Of a DNA stretch of 64,000 nt, positions 19,877 to 29,560 are shown in pieces (the stretch's first letter is position 1; each line of letters starts with the position of its first letter). Source of the DNA: Alphaproteobacteria bacterium. Lineage in GTDB: Bacteria > Pseudomonadota > Alphaproteobacteria > JASGCL01. The stretch lies in assembly GCA_965262605.1 (NCBI GenBank), contig CBDHFN010000001.1, forward strand, positions 80,566 through 144,565, given 5' to 3'. Both the position numbers and the translations under genes were made by a program. Under the pieces are notes generated by a model. The model was not told the origin of the DNA and searched no databases. It saw only the letters and a list, made by a program, of their open reading frames with translations.

Positions 19877-21202
19877 TTAATTTGTTTGAAAATCCGCGCC
19901 TAAACCCTGCATCATGCTAAGAAAACTTGGGAATGAAGTATTAATCGGTTCGCCGTCATCAATTGCCATCGGTTCAATGCTATTTAAGCCTAAAATTAAA
20001 AACGACATGGCGATGCGATGATCTAAATGGGTAATCGCCGTGCCACCACCTTTTACTTTGCCATTTGTGCCGTCAATTTCCAACCAATCATCGCCGTATC
20101 TTGTGGTGATGCCAGCTTGAGTCAAGCCATTAACCACGGCTAATAATCTGTCGCTTTCTTTGACGCGTAATTCGCCAATGCCTTCAAACCTTGAAGTGCC
20201 TTTGGCATATGCCGCAGCAACCGCCATAATCGGATATTCATCAATCATGCGTGCGGCGCGGTCAGCGGGAATAGTAATTGCGTGTAATTCACCAGATTTT
20301 ACGATAATATCCGCGGTCGGTTCGCCAGAAATATCGCGGTTTGCCGTGATTTTAAGGTTCGCGCCCATTTCTTGCAAGCTTTCAATAATGCCATCGCGCG
20401 TGGCATTAATGCCGATATTTTTTAAATTTATTTCAGAATTGGGCGTGATTAAACCCGCAACCATAACAAAAGCCGCCGAAGAAATATCCGCAGGCACTTG
20501 AATATCACGCGCACTTAGGCGCATTTCGTGGTTAACTTTAATGATTCGTCCATTTGGCGTATTGCTTATTTGCGGGGGCGCACCAAAATGCGCCAACATT
20601 CGTTCGGTATGGTCGCGGGTAATTTCATTTTCCAAGACCGAAGTTTCGCCAATCGCGCTTAATCCCGCCAATAAAATTGCCGATTTTACTTGCGCAGAAG
20701 CCACCTTCATCGTGTGGTTAATCGGTTGCAGGGGTAATTTGCCTTGAAAGCCAAGGGGTAATCTGCCTTTTGAACGGGTGAAAAACTCAACCCCCATTAA
20801 TTTCAAAGGCTCGCAAACTCGCGCCATTGGTCTGCCCGTTAAAGACTTATCGCCCGTCATGAAAATTGGGCATCCTAAACCACTTAACAAACCCATTAAT
20901 AACCGCGTGGAAGTTCCAGAATTACCCATATCCAAAACTTGGCTTGGTTCGCCCAAAGATTCTAATCCCATGCCGTGCACAACCCATGGTTCGCCCTGAT
21001 TTTGTGGTTGTTCAATCCGCGCGCCGCACGCCACCAAAGCATTTTTTGTCGCCGTAGTATCTTCGCTGGCTAAAATATCGCTGATTTTCGTTGTGCCACG
21101 CGCGATTGCGCCAAACATTAAGGATCGGTGCGATATTGATTTATCGCCCGGTATTACCGCATTGCCTTTTAAGCCGTTTATTTTATAAGAAATTATTTTC
21201 AT
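19877..21202 (-). CDS. aroA: 3-phosphoshikimate 1-carboxyvinyltransferase (EPSP synthase)
   Basis: 441 aa with IPGDKSISHRSLMFGA, LDMGNSGTSTRLLMG and the RVKESDR motif. Confidence 0.9.
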   Translation of the reverse strand: MKIISYKINGLKGNAVIPGDKSISHRSLMFGAIARGTTKISDILASEDTTATKNALVACGARIEQPQNQGEPWVVHGMGLESLGEPSQVLDMGNSGTSTRLLMGLLSGLGCPIFMTGDKSLTGRPMARVCEPLKLMGVEFFTRSKGRLPLGFQGKLPLQPINHTMKVASAQVKSAILLAGLSAIGETSVLENEITRDHTERMLAHFGAPPQISNTPNGRIIKVNHEMRLSARDIQVPADISSAAFVMVAGLITPNSEINLKNIGINATRDGIIESLQEMGANLKITANRDISGEPTADIIVKSGELHAITIPADRAARMIDEYPIMAVAAAYAKGTSRFEGIGELRVKESDRLLAVVNGLTQAGITTRYGDDWLEIDGTNGKVKGGGTAITHLDHRIAMSFLILGLNSIEPMAIDDGEPINTSFPSFLSMMQGLGADFQTN

Positions 21203-21296
21203 GCGTTTAGTTTAATATATTCATAATATATTTGTCAAATATAAAAACGGGCATTTCAAAAATTAATTAAGCTTGATTTATGGTATTAATTTGTTA

Positions 21297-21480
21297 AAAT
21301 GTTTTGCATTAAGTTTTTTATTTGCACTAATCGGTTAAAAACACCCTCAAAATGCTCAAATACTTTATGTATTCTGCGCTTTTTCGTATGTTTTTGCCCT
21401 CTATTGCTTTAACCCGAAGCAAATTGCGACTGCAATTTGTGTAGAGAGGCGAAGCCAAAAATTCTTAATGCAACAAAATT
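21297..21480 (+). mobile_element. MITE-like repeat element, copy 1 (184 nt, terminal inverted repeats)
   Basis: The 107-nt core 21304-21410 is 101/107 identical to the reverse complement of 57431-57537. The ends AAATGTTTTGCATTAAG ... CTTAATGCAACAAAATT are inverted repeats. TTTGTTA flanks both ends (21290-21296 and 21481-21487). It carries an extra ~46-nt internal segment with an 8-bp hairpin (CAAATTGC-gact-GCAATTTG) that is absent from copy 2. Confidence 0.6.
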
Positions 21481-21509
21481 TTTGTTATAATATGAAAAAA
21501 AGGGAAAAA

Positions 21510-22790
21510 ATGCACGAATCGCCAAGATTACAAAAATTATTATCGCAAATTGAGCTTTTGCACCCCAAAAAGATTGATTTATCTTTGGATAGGATGCTGG
21601 TTTTATTGGCGAAATTGGACAATCCGCATTATAAAATGCCACCGACAATCCATATTACTGGCACGAATGGCAAGGGGTCAACTCATGCGTTTTGTTTAAG
21701 CCTTTTGACGCATTTAGGCTATAAATGTCATGCCTATACTTCGCCGCATTTGCAACGATTTAATGAACGAATAAGGGTTGCGGGCGAATTAGTCAGCGAT
21801 GAGGCGTTGATTGAGACGCTGGAATATATTTTGAAAATAAATAATGGCGCGGCGATTACTTTTTTTGAATTAACGACTATCGCCGCATTTATGCTTTTTG
21901 CGCAAAATCCCGCTGATTTCTTTATTTGCGAAGTTGGCTTGGGTGGCAGGCTAGATTCCACGAATGTCATTCCCCATAAAGAAGTCGCAATTTTCACGCC
22001 GATTGACAAAGACCATGCCGAATTTTTAGGAAAATCCTTTACCAGTATTGCCACGGAAAAGGCTGGCATTATTACCCAAGTAAATAAGGCTGTTATTAGT
22101 GCCGTGCAAAAACCGATTGTTAAAAAAATTATTCAACAAAGGGCAAACGAGAAAAATATAAAATTAATCGTGCCGAAATATTCTGTTTTGCCCAATGATT
22201 CGTGGCAGATTAAGGGCTTAACCCTTAATGAACCAAGCTTGGCGGGGATTCATCAATATGAAAATGCGGCTTTGGCGGTGAATGCGGTAAGTTTTCTGAC
22301 CCCACTAAAACCACAACAAATTAACCAAGCTCTTAGCAATACAACATGGCAAGCGCGATTGCAAAATTTAACAAAAACGCGGATATTTCACGATTTTACG
22401 CCATGCGCGCAAAGCCTTTGGCTTGATGGTTGCCATAATCCGCATGGGGCAATCGCCGTGGCAAATTGGTTGGCAAAAAAACATGATAAAAATCAAGATT
22501 TAGTCATGTTTGTCGCCTTAATGAACAACCGAAACCCCAATGATTTTTTAAAAAACTTTATGCAGTTTAAGCCGAAAATCATCACCACAAGTTTTGAATT
22601 GGGGCATAATGCCCATGATGCAAAAATCTTGGGGCAAACCGCGCTTGATTGCGGGCTTGAAGTTTTGGGCATGTGCAATGATTATCAGCAAGCTTTGCAA
22701 ATTTTGAAAAATTATCAACCTAAGGGCAGGGTGCTTATCGCTGGTTCGCTTTATCTGTCGGGTTTAATATTGGATTATAATGAAAAATAA
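21510..22790 (+). CDS. folC: bifunctional folylpolyglutamate synthase / dihydrofolate synthase
   Basis: Mur-ligase P-loop HITGTNGKGST. 426 aa from ATG 21510, which is preceded by AGGGA. The track start at 21468 lies inside the repeat element's inverted repeat. Confidence 0.85.
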   Translation: MHESPRLQKLLSQIELLHPKKIDLSLDRMLVLLAKLDNPHYKMPPTIHITGTNGKGSTHAFCLSLLTHLGYKCHAYTSPHLQRFNERIRVAGELVSDEALIETLEYILKINNGAAITFFELTTIAAFMLFAQNPADFFICEVGLGGRLDSTNVIPHKEVAIFTPIDKDHAEFLGKSFTSIATEKAGIITQVNKAVISAVQKPIVKKIIQQRANEKNIKLIVPKYSVLPNDSWQIKGLTLNEPSLAGIHQYENAALAVNAVSFLTPLKPQQINQALSNTTWQARLQNLTKTRIFHDFTPCAQSLWLDGCHNPHGAIAVANWLAKKHDKNQDLVMFVALMNNRNPNDFLKNFMQFKPKIITTSFELGHNAHDAKILGQTALDCGLEVLGMCNDYQQALQILKNYQPKGRVLIAGSLYLSGLILDYNEK

Positions 22791-24033
22791 GGCGAAAATA
22801 ATCGTTGCTGGTGCGGGAATATTAGGGGTTTGCACCGCCGTGCATTTGCAAAACCGCGGATTTCAAGTTATACTTATGGATAAATCTGGCGTTGCAAGGG
22901 AAACTTCATTTGGCAATGCGGGTATTATTGAAACTGATGATATTATCCCAATTAATAATCCGTCTTTATTTGCCAAAATTCCCAGTTTAATCGCAAATTC
23001 AAGTTATGATTTACGATTTAATTGGTTATTTTTAATGCGTAATTTGAGTTTCTTTGCGCAATTTCTTAACCATGCGCGCCCAAAAAACAACCACCGAATC
23101 AGTGAAAATTTGAAATTACTTATGGATAATTCTTTTGACGCGCATCACGAATTAATGGAAATTTGCAAAATTACCGAACATTGCCAAAAAAATGGCTGGT
23201 CTTTTTTTTATCGCATGGATAAATCATTTGATGAATCGCGGGGTTTTATTGCGAAATTATCGGAATTAGGCGTTGATTATTCGGTTTTAAACCAAAATGA
23301 TATTGCCAAGAAAGAACCCCATCTTCATCCAATTTATAAACATGGAATATGGTTTAAATCATCGGCTTCGGTTGATAATCCAAGCCTTATTTGCCAAAGT
23401 TATGCTGATTATTTTGTTAAAAATGGTGGCAAAATCATCATTGAAGCGATTGATGATATTCAAGTTAACCGCGATAAAATCGTAATTAATCATCATCATG
23501 AATCTGATAAATTGGTCGTTGCGCTTGGGGTTTGGGCGAAACCAATATTGGCTAAATTGGGGCTTAATGTGCCGTTAATATCCGAACGCGGTTATCATCG
23601 CCACGCTTTTTTAGCCGAAAATTTTAAGGTTAATCAGCCGTTTCGTGATTGCGATGCAAGCTTTGTCATGGCGCCCATGAATATTGGCAATATCGGCGAA
23701 TGCGTGCGCATTTCATCAGGCGTAGAGCTTAATTTTATTGATGCGCCCGCCAATTATCAGCAAATTAATCATGCCACAACCCGCGCAAACGAAGCCATCG
23801 CCATTGATAAATTGCACGAAGATATTTGGCTGGGAAGGCGACCAACAACCCCTGATTCATTGCCTATGATGGGTGCTTTATCGCGCTTTCCCAATATTTT
23901 TATGGCTTGCGGTAATCAGCATTTAGGCTTTACAACGGGGGCAATTTGCGGGCAGTTAGTTGCCCAACTTATTAATCAAGAAAAAACGACCATTCCAATT
24001 GACGAATTCCTGCCCCAACGATTCGGGTTGTGA
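22780..24033 (+). CDS. FAD-dependent D-amino-acid dehydrogenase/oxidase-family oxidoreductase
   Basis: 417 aa with N-terminal KIIVAGAGILGVCTAVHLQNRG. DAO-family length. Confidence 0.7.
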   Translation: MKNKAKIIVAGAGILGVCTAVHLQNRGFQVILMDKSGVARETSFGNAGIIETDDIIPINNPSLFAKIPSLIANSSYDLRFNWLFLMRNLSFFAQFLNHARPKNNHRISENLKLLMDNSFDAHHELMEICKITEHCQKNGWSFFYRMDKSFDESRGFIAKLSELGVDYSVLNQNDIAKKEPHLHPIYKHGIWFKSSASVDNPSLICQSYADYFVKNGGKIIIEAIDDIQVNRDKIVINHHHESDKLVVALGVWAKPILAKLGLNVPLISERGYHRHAFLAENFKVNQPFRDCDASFVMAPMNIGNIGECVRISSGVELNFIDAPANYQQINHATTRANEAIAIDKLHEDIWLGRRPTTPDSLPMMGALSRFPNIFMACGNQHLGFTTGAICGQLVAQLINQEKTTIPIDEFLPQRFGL

Positions 24034-24194
24034 GTTAGGCGCAATATCATAAAAAAATACTTGACAAAGGCATATTTTTTGCATATTTCGTAACTTTAGG
24101 TATTTTTTGATATTGATTCTAAATTTAAGAATTAAGTTATTTGCTTAATTTCAAGATTTTTTGACAACTCAACATTTAGGTTAAGGTGAATATT

Positions 24195-26243
24195 ATGAAT
24201 GATTATTATTTTTTTGAAAAGTTTACGCCAGATGCACCACAAAGAGCATTTGCCGTAATATGTGAATTTTTATCAGAAACAGAATTAGCAAAAAAATGGT
24301 TTGCAGGAAAATTAAATAAAGTCGGCTATTTTAGGTTTATACGCGCTATTAATCAGAAAATTAATGAAATAAATGCGCATAACAAAAATAAACATGATAA
24401 AAATAATATTGATAATAATGATGAATATTCGCCATTAAATGAAATTAGTTTTTTCACGAATATAACTCCTTCTAACCCCTTAATCGGTGACTTAAATGAA
24501 ATAAAAAATAATAAAAAAACTGGTTTTAAAAAAGAACCTTATGGACATACATCCGAACAAATTGGTTCAGAAGAATATTACATTCACGGTGAATTAAAAT
24601 ACCAACTAATTTATGATAATTATAATAGTATTTTTTATGGTTCGGTTTATTGTGATGACGAGGTGCAAGAATTTTATTGTTTGTCAAAATTATCATTCAA
24701 TGGCTGTTTCTTTTTTAATGATTTTTTATTTAACGAAATAAAAACTTATAATCCAGATACAGCAGAATATTATGAAAAATTATCAGCTGAATATATCAAA
24801 TCATTAGGCACATTAGAGATTAAAAATTCAATTTTTTTCAATCGTTTTGAAATTAATAAATGTAATTTAAAATTTTTTGATTTGAATAATAATTTTTTTC
24901 ACAATAAAGCTAAAATCACCAATAATATTTTCCCCTGTAATGTAATTATTGTGACGCATCCAAATGAAAAATCCCAATTTTTAAATTTCCATAGCACAAA
25001 ATTTGGCGATGAAAAAAAGAAAACGCATAGCAATATGTTTTTTAATATTGCTAATCATGTTGGTATATTCGATCATACGCAATTTAATAATGTAAATTTA
25101 GTTCATTCTGAATTTAAAAAATCTAGTTTTGAAGGCGCAAGTTTTATTAATTGCCGATTAGATTGGGTTAATTTAAGTGGTAATTTCAGTTTTGTTAATT
25201 TCACTAATTCAGAATTTAAAGGAACTAAAATTTTGCCAAATTTAGAAATTAGGTTATTAAAATCTGTTATTTTTTTAATTAATTTGCTTATTGCCTTTAT
25301 TATATATAGGCTTATTTTAAATTTTTCTGAAATTGATTTTGCAAAAAATATTGTTATATCTGTTTTGAATCTCATTACATTTACGATAATTTTATTTATT
25401 TTTATATTTAAATTTAATGAAGATATTTCCACTTATTTTTCAAAAATTCTTAAGTTAAAATTTAAGAAATTTAAAAATCTAGATATGTTTACTGAAAAAT
25501 CAAATTTTAGTAATGCCGATTTTACGGGGGTAAATTATCACAATATTTCATTTGAAAATGCTATAATCACGAATGTTTCCATTGATTTAGAATTAGTGAA
25601 ATTACAAATAAAAAATGCACCACCTGAAATTATTGACGAAATGTTGTTGCAAAATTTTGGCGAAGTGATAAATTTTTGGGATAAAAAGGAAAAAAAGCAT
25701 AATAAGAGCAAAAATATTTATATTGGATATATAATATGTTTAATTTTTGGTTTTGGTTCGGTATTTTGTTATTTAGATTTTGATTTGCTCCCAAATAAAT
25801 TTGATGAACTTAATAAATTAATAACAAAGCTAGAAGAATTTAAAAATACTCTTAATCCTGAAACACTTAAAAATAATCCTATTCTTGAAAAACTTAAAAA
25901 TTATGAAGTTAACATTTTCATTGAATTATTACCATATTTAGCTTCTTCAATTATTTTGGTTTCATTATTTTATTGGTTAATGGGGCATTTAATGAAAAAC
26001 AAAACTGCGCAAAAACATTTGGCGGAGGATGTTGCGCAAAAGAAAATTATTTTAAAATCATTGTTAATGTTGGAACAACGCTCTTTTTTCAATGACGAGA
26101 AAATTGATAATAACAATAAAATCACGGTAAAAAACCCTGTTTATTACGAAATATTATCAAAAGTTTTGGCGCAATCTGCTGATGGTTTAGTAAAAGAAGA
26201 TGGGATTCAAGCACCATTAGAAATATTCACTAAGCTAAAATAA
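24195..26243 (+). CDS. membrane protein with two pentapeptide-repeat blocks
   Basis: Pentapeptide-type runs are present (NLVHSEFKKSSFEGASFINCRLDWVNLSGNFSFVNFTNSEFKG and SNFSNADFTGVNYHNISFENAIITNVS). They are separated and followed by about 4 hydrophobic helices. The ATG at 24195 has AAGG 8 nt upstream; the track uses GTG at 24186. Extremely AT-rich. Confidence 0.55.
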   Translation: MNDYYFFEKFTPDAPQRAFAVICEFLSETELAKKWFAGKLNKVGYFRFIRAINQKINEINAHNKNKHDKNNIDNNDEYSPLNEISFFTNITPSNPLIGDLNEIKNNKKTGFKKEPYGHTSEQIGSEEYYIHGELKYQLIYDNYNSIFYGSVYCDDEVQEFYCLSKLSFNGCFFFNDFLFNEIKTYNPDTAEYYEKLSAEYIKSLGTLEIKNSIFFNRFEINKCNLKFFDLNNNFFHNKAKITNNIFPCNVIIVTHPNEKSQFLNFHSTKFGDEKKKTHSNMFFNIANHVGIFDHTQFNNVNLVHSEFKKSSFEGASFINCRLDWVNLSGNFSFVNFTNSEFKGTKILPNLEIRLLKSVIFLINLLIAFIIYRLILNFSEIDFAKNIVISVLNLITFTIILFIFIFKFNEDISTYFSKILKLKFKKFKNLDMFTEKSNFSNADFTGVNYHNISFENAIITNVSIDLELVKLQIKNAPPEIIDEMLLQNFGEVINFWDKKEKKHNKSKNIYIGYIICLIFGFGSVFCYLDFDLLPNKFDELNKLITKLEEFKNTLNPETLKNNPILEKLKNYEVNIFIELLPYLASSIILVSLFYWLMGHLMKNKTAQKHLAEDVAQKKIILKSLLMLEQRSFFNDEKIDNNNKITVKNPVYYEILSKVLAQSADGLVKEDGIQAPLEIFTKLK

Positions 26244-26326
26244 AATTTATTACTATTTTTCATTCCTGTATTTATTTAAAAGCAAGAGCAAAAGACAAGC
26301 ATTACATTAGGAAATACATAATAATT

Positions 26327-27202
26327 TTACGGATAAATTTCATTATTTAACGATAAATGCGTGGTTATGCGCTTAATTGTGTCTTGCCATGATTCGTTGG
26401 GGTGCTGGCGCATGATTACCATGGATTTATACCACATAGTTTTATGAAATGGCAATTCAACCTTGTCTTGCGCCCATCGCCAATCGGTGCCTTGATTGGG
26501 CAATAATAATATCGTTTGTATGCCAAGCGCCGCGGCAAGGTGAGGCACAGAAGTATCCGTGCTGATGACAATGCTTAAATTTTTTATTAAGCCCGCAGTT
26601 TCATCGTAATTATGCAAATAAGGCGCGGCATTAAATAATTTATCTTGCCAAGATTCTGGGTAAGTTTCTAATTGTTTTTTGCCTTTTTGTAATGAAACAA
26701 AGCCAGCATCAGAAAATTTGGTAAATAAAGGCGCAAAATTCGGTAAATCTGTTGAACGGACGGCATCGCCAAGCCTTGTCGGTTCGCCTTGCCATGCTAA
26801 ACCAATTTTTAATTTCGGCATTGACGCCAACCTTAATTGCCATTTATTTAAACTTGCCTGTGAAGGGGTTAAATAAGGTTCACCATTTAATTCAAGGGTA
26901 ATATTTTGCGCAATATCAAGAATATTCGCGTAAAAATCAGTTTGCACCGTGACTGATTGCGAAAATCCAATGACTTCGTCAAATAAATTGGAATTTTTTG
27001 TTAATTCCACTAATTCATTGGGCAAGACCCCGATTAATTTTCGGCATAATTTGCGTAATTGCACGGCAATTATCATCAAATTTATATTCTCGCCAAATGC
27101 TTCCACGCCAATAATTGTAAGGGTTGAATAGGTTATATTCTCCTTGCAATCCCATTGTCTTGTGGAAATGGGCATGGTGATGTTAAATTCCTTTACCATC
27201 AA
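26327..27202 (-). CDS. glycosyltransferase family 9-like domain protein
   Basis: The C-terminal pattern GLAWQG...RS..L..FAPL...VSLQKG...VISTDTSVPHLAAALGIQTILLL...DWRW is typical of GT9/heptosyltransferase-like domains. Confidence 0.55.
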   Translation of the reverse strand: MMVKEFNITMPISTRQWDCKENITYSTLTIIGVEAFGENINLMIIAVQLRKLCRKLIGVLPNELVELTKNSNLFDEVIGFSQSVTVQTDFYANILDIAQNITLELNGEPYLTPSQASLNKWQLRLASMPKLKIGLAWQGEPTRLGDAVRSTDLPNFAPLFTKFSDAGFVSLQKGKKQLETYPESWQDKLFNAAPYLHNYDETAGLIKNLSIVISTDTSVPHLAAALGIQTILLLPNQGTDWRWAQDKVELPFHKTMWYKSMVIMRQHPNESWQDTIKRITTHLSLNNEIYP

Positions 27203-27690
27203 AATTCCGCGCCTTCATTGGCTAAATCATGGCGAATTCGCCAAATTTTTTGGGCGATTTCATAATTAAAGCCACCCGATTGCATTTTATTGTAAAATTT
27301 TTTATCATCAAAACGCCAAATTTTATGTTTTTTGCCAAATTTTAAGGCGTTATTATATTCTTCTTCGGGATTATATTCGGTGCAATTCGGCAAAGCAAAG
27401 CCCTTTAATTGCATTTTTTCTTGAATTTTGCGAAATGAAAGCCCCATGCGCTGATATTGATTCGTATAGGCAAGGCTTAATTTTTCATCATTAATTAATT
27501 GATTTTTTTGGCAATCTGCAAGTAATTTTTCAATTATTTCATGATATTCATTGAAATCTAAGGCTAAATTTTGCTCAAAATGTGATTTTTGAATGAAATT
27601 TTTAATATATTGCCGTAATTTTTTTTCCGAAGGGGCATATTTGCCAATATACCAAAGGGCGCGGTTGCGAATCTTTGGCTCGCTAAGCAT
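27199..27690 (-). CDS. RecX-like regulatory protein (tentative)
   Basis: 163 aa and helical. It has a RecX-like N-terminal pattern (RNRALWYIGKYAPSEKKLRQYI). The overlaps with both neighbouring genes indicate an operon. Confidence 0.4.
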   Translation of the reverse strand: MLSEPKIRNRALWYIGKYAPSEKKLRQYIKNFIQKSHFEQNLALDFNEYHEIIEKLLADCQKNQLINDEKLSLAYTNQYQRMGLSFRKIQEKMQLKGFALPNCTEYNPEEEYNNALKFGKKHKIWRFDDKKFYNKMQSGGFNYEIAQKIWRIRHDLANEGAEF

Positions 27691-27965
27691 TAGTCGGCAG
27701 CGATAGCAGATTTCACCAACCGCATGGCATAACCATTCACCGAACGAATGGTAATTGATGTAAAGCCTTGCTGTTCTTGGGAATGCGCTTGCGCAACTTT
27801 GGCAACCATTGCGTTAATTTTTTCAGAATTATACCCATCGGCATAAGGGTCAATCTCTAAATCAGTGTAAATAACCAATAAATGCACCCACTTGGAATCG
27901 TGCCACATAAGCTCACGATCAAGTGCAATGACATTGTTTATTTGCATGTTATTTTTGTTCATCAA
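27690..27965 (-). CDS. conserved-looking small hypothetical protein
   Basis: 91-aa ORF with normal composition, translationally coupled to the downstream gene. No motif recognised. Confidence 0.4.
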   Translation of the reverse strand: MMNKNNMQINNVIALDRELMWHDSKWVHLLVIYTDLEIDPYADGYNSEKINAMVAKVAQAHSQEQQGFTSITIRSVNGYAMRLVKSAIAAD

Positions 27966-28066
27966 TTAATCCTAAAATAATTCGTTAGTATCGTCAAGTA
28001 AATAATACATGTTTTTTAGATAAAATAAATAAAATAATTAAATTAGCATAAATTTTAATTTAAATT

Positions 28067-28669
28067 TTAACTAATTTGTGAATTTGAAATCGGTGGTGGC
28101 GGTGTAGTGGAGGGGGCTAAACCATAATCTAATGAAGGGTTTTCAATAAAAAAGGCTAAATTTTCGTCAGATAATAAAAAACCAATATCATTGATGGGAT
28201 TGGCGGTAAAATGCCCGACCATATTTTCAAAAATAGCATCTTCTTTGGTTATTAGGTAATAATCTCCCAGCTTTTTGCCGTCTTTATAACGAATCGCTAA
28301 GCCCTTGGCAAGCCGCAAATCGCAAATTACCACCATATCATGAAATTCTGCTTGATATTTCAAGGCGTAAGCTTGCGGGTGATTCATGCCGTAAAGGGGG
28401 ATATTTAAGCCAAATGCTAAGCCTTGGGCAAAATTATATCCGATTCTTAAAGCTGTAAAAGCACTTGGACCCGTCATGGTATAAATTGCCGTTAAATTGG
28501 ATAATTCGCAATTGTTTTTTTGGCAAAATTGCAAAACTGCATCACAAATTTCTTCGCTTAGCGTGCTTGCCACTAAAAAATTTTCACAAAAAATCGCATC
28601 GCCCACCCGCAACGCAAGATGATAATGATTCGGCATTACCATTATGGCTAAATAAGCGGGCTGGTGCAT
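28067..28669 (-). CDS. tsaB: tRNA threonylcarbamoyladenosine biosynthesis protein TsaB (YeaZ)
   Basis: TGPSAFTALRIGYNFAQGLAFGLNIPL matches the TsaB GPGSFTGLRIG...A.GLA core. 200 aa. Confidence 0.65.
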   Translation of the reverse strand: MHQPAYLAIMVMPNHYHLALRVGDAIFCENFLVASTLSEEICDAVLQFCQKNNCELSNLTAIYTMTGPSAFTALRIGYNFAQGLAFGLNIPLYGMNHPQAYALKYQAEFHDMVVICDLRLAKGLAIRYKDGKKLGDYYLITKEDAIFENMVGHFTANPINDIGFLLSDENLAFFIENPSLDYGLAPSTTPPPPISNSQIS

Positions 28670-29559
28670 TATAATTTTGGACGATTTTCTAAGGCTTTGG
28701 CAACGATTATTTCAATGTTTTTACGCAATTCACCGCTCAAAGCCATTCTGGGCAAGCGCACGCGATCATTGGAATTAATCACTAAGGCTTCCACTAATTT
28801 CAAATTTTGCACTAAATAACTGCTGACATCTAAATCCAATAAGGGACGAAACCAGCGATAAATTTCAAGTGCTTTGCTTAAATTGCCGTTTTGAATATGG
28901 TTGTATATCGCCATAGTCTCCTTAGGGAAGGCGACAACTAAGCCAGCAACCCAGCCTACCGCCCCCATTATCAAAGCCTCATAGGCGAGGTTGTCTACGC
29001 CCGTAAGCACATTATATCTTGTGCCTAAGGCATTAATAATTTCCGTGGTGCGCCGAATTTCATCCGAAGATTCTTTAATTGCCATTATCCGATTATCCAC
29101 GGCGCAATCTTGCATAATTTCAGGTGTTACATCAACTCGGTAAGCTATTCGGTTGGAATATATCATTATTGGTAAATCTGATGCTTGCGCAATTGCCAAT
29201 AAATTTGCCACTGTTTCCTTGTGATTTGTTTTATAAACCAAGCTTGGCACGACCATTAAGCCTTGCACGCCAGCTTTAGCGGCTTCCTTGGCGCGTAAGC
29301 ATGCTGTCCTTGTATCAGCTTCGTTAATTGTCAAAATAACGGGTTTTTTGCCCGCGATTTTTTGGGCGGTTTTGACGACGGCGATTCGTTCTTCTGGGCT
29401 TAACATTGGACCTTCGCCCAATGACCCGCCAATGATTAAGCCATGCACGCCCGCATCAATTTGCAAGCCAAAGCAACGCTCCATTTCTTTGTGATCTAAT
29501 TCATCTTGTTCATTAAATTTTGTTGTTACTGCGGGTAAAACCCCTTGAAATATATTCAT
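28669..29559 (-). CDS. dihydrodipicolinate synthase / N-acetylneuraminate lyase-family class I aldolase
   Basis: 296 aa from MNIFQGVLPAVTTKF... It contains GLIIGGSLGEGPMLSPEER and a Schiff-base Lys context (AIKES). The track ORF's 67-aa N-terminal extension overlaps the upstream gene, so I trimmed it. Confidence 0.75.
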   Translation of the reverse strand: MNIFQGVLPAVTTKFNEQDELDHKEMERCFGLQIDAGVHGLIIGGSLGEGPMLSPEERIAVVKTAQKIAGKKPVILTINEADTRTACLRAKEAAKAGVQGLMVVPSLVYKTNHKETVANLLAIAQASDLPIMIYSNRIAYRVDVTPEIMQDCAVDNRIMAIKESSDEIRRTTEIINALGTRYNVLTGVDNLAYEALIMGAVGWVAGLVVAFPKETMAIYNHIQNGNLSKALEIYRWFRPLLDLDVSSYLVQNLKLVEALVINSNDRVRLPRMALSGELRKNIEIIVAKALENRPKL

Positions 29560-29560
29560 T

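Noticed and set aside
21468-21509. Upstream start for folC (MQQNFCYNMKKREK)
   Set aside because: These codons lie in the terminal inverted repeat of the MITE-like element. ATG 21510 has an RBS and gives a normal FolC N-terminus.
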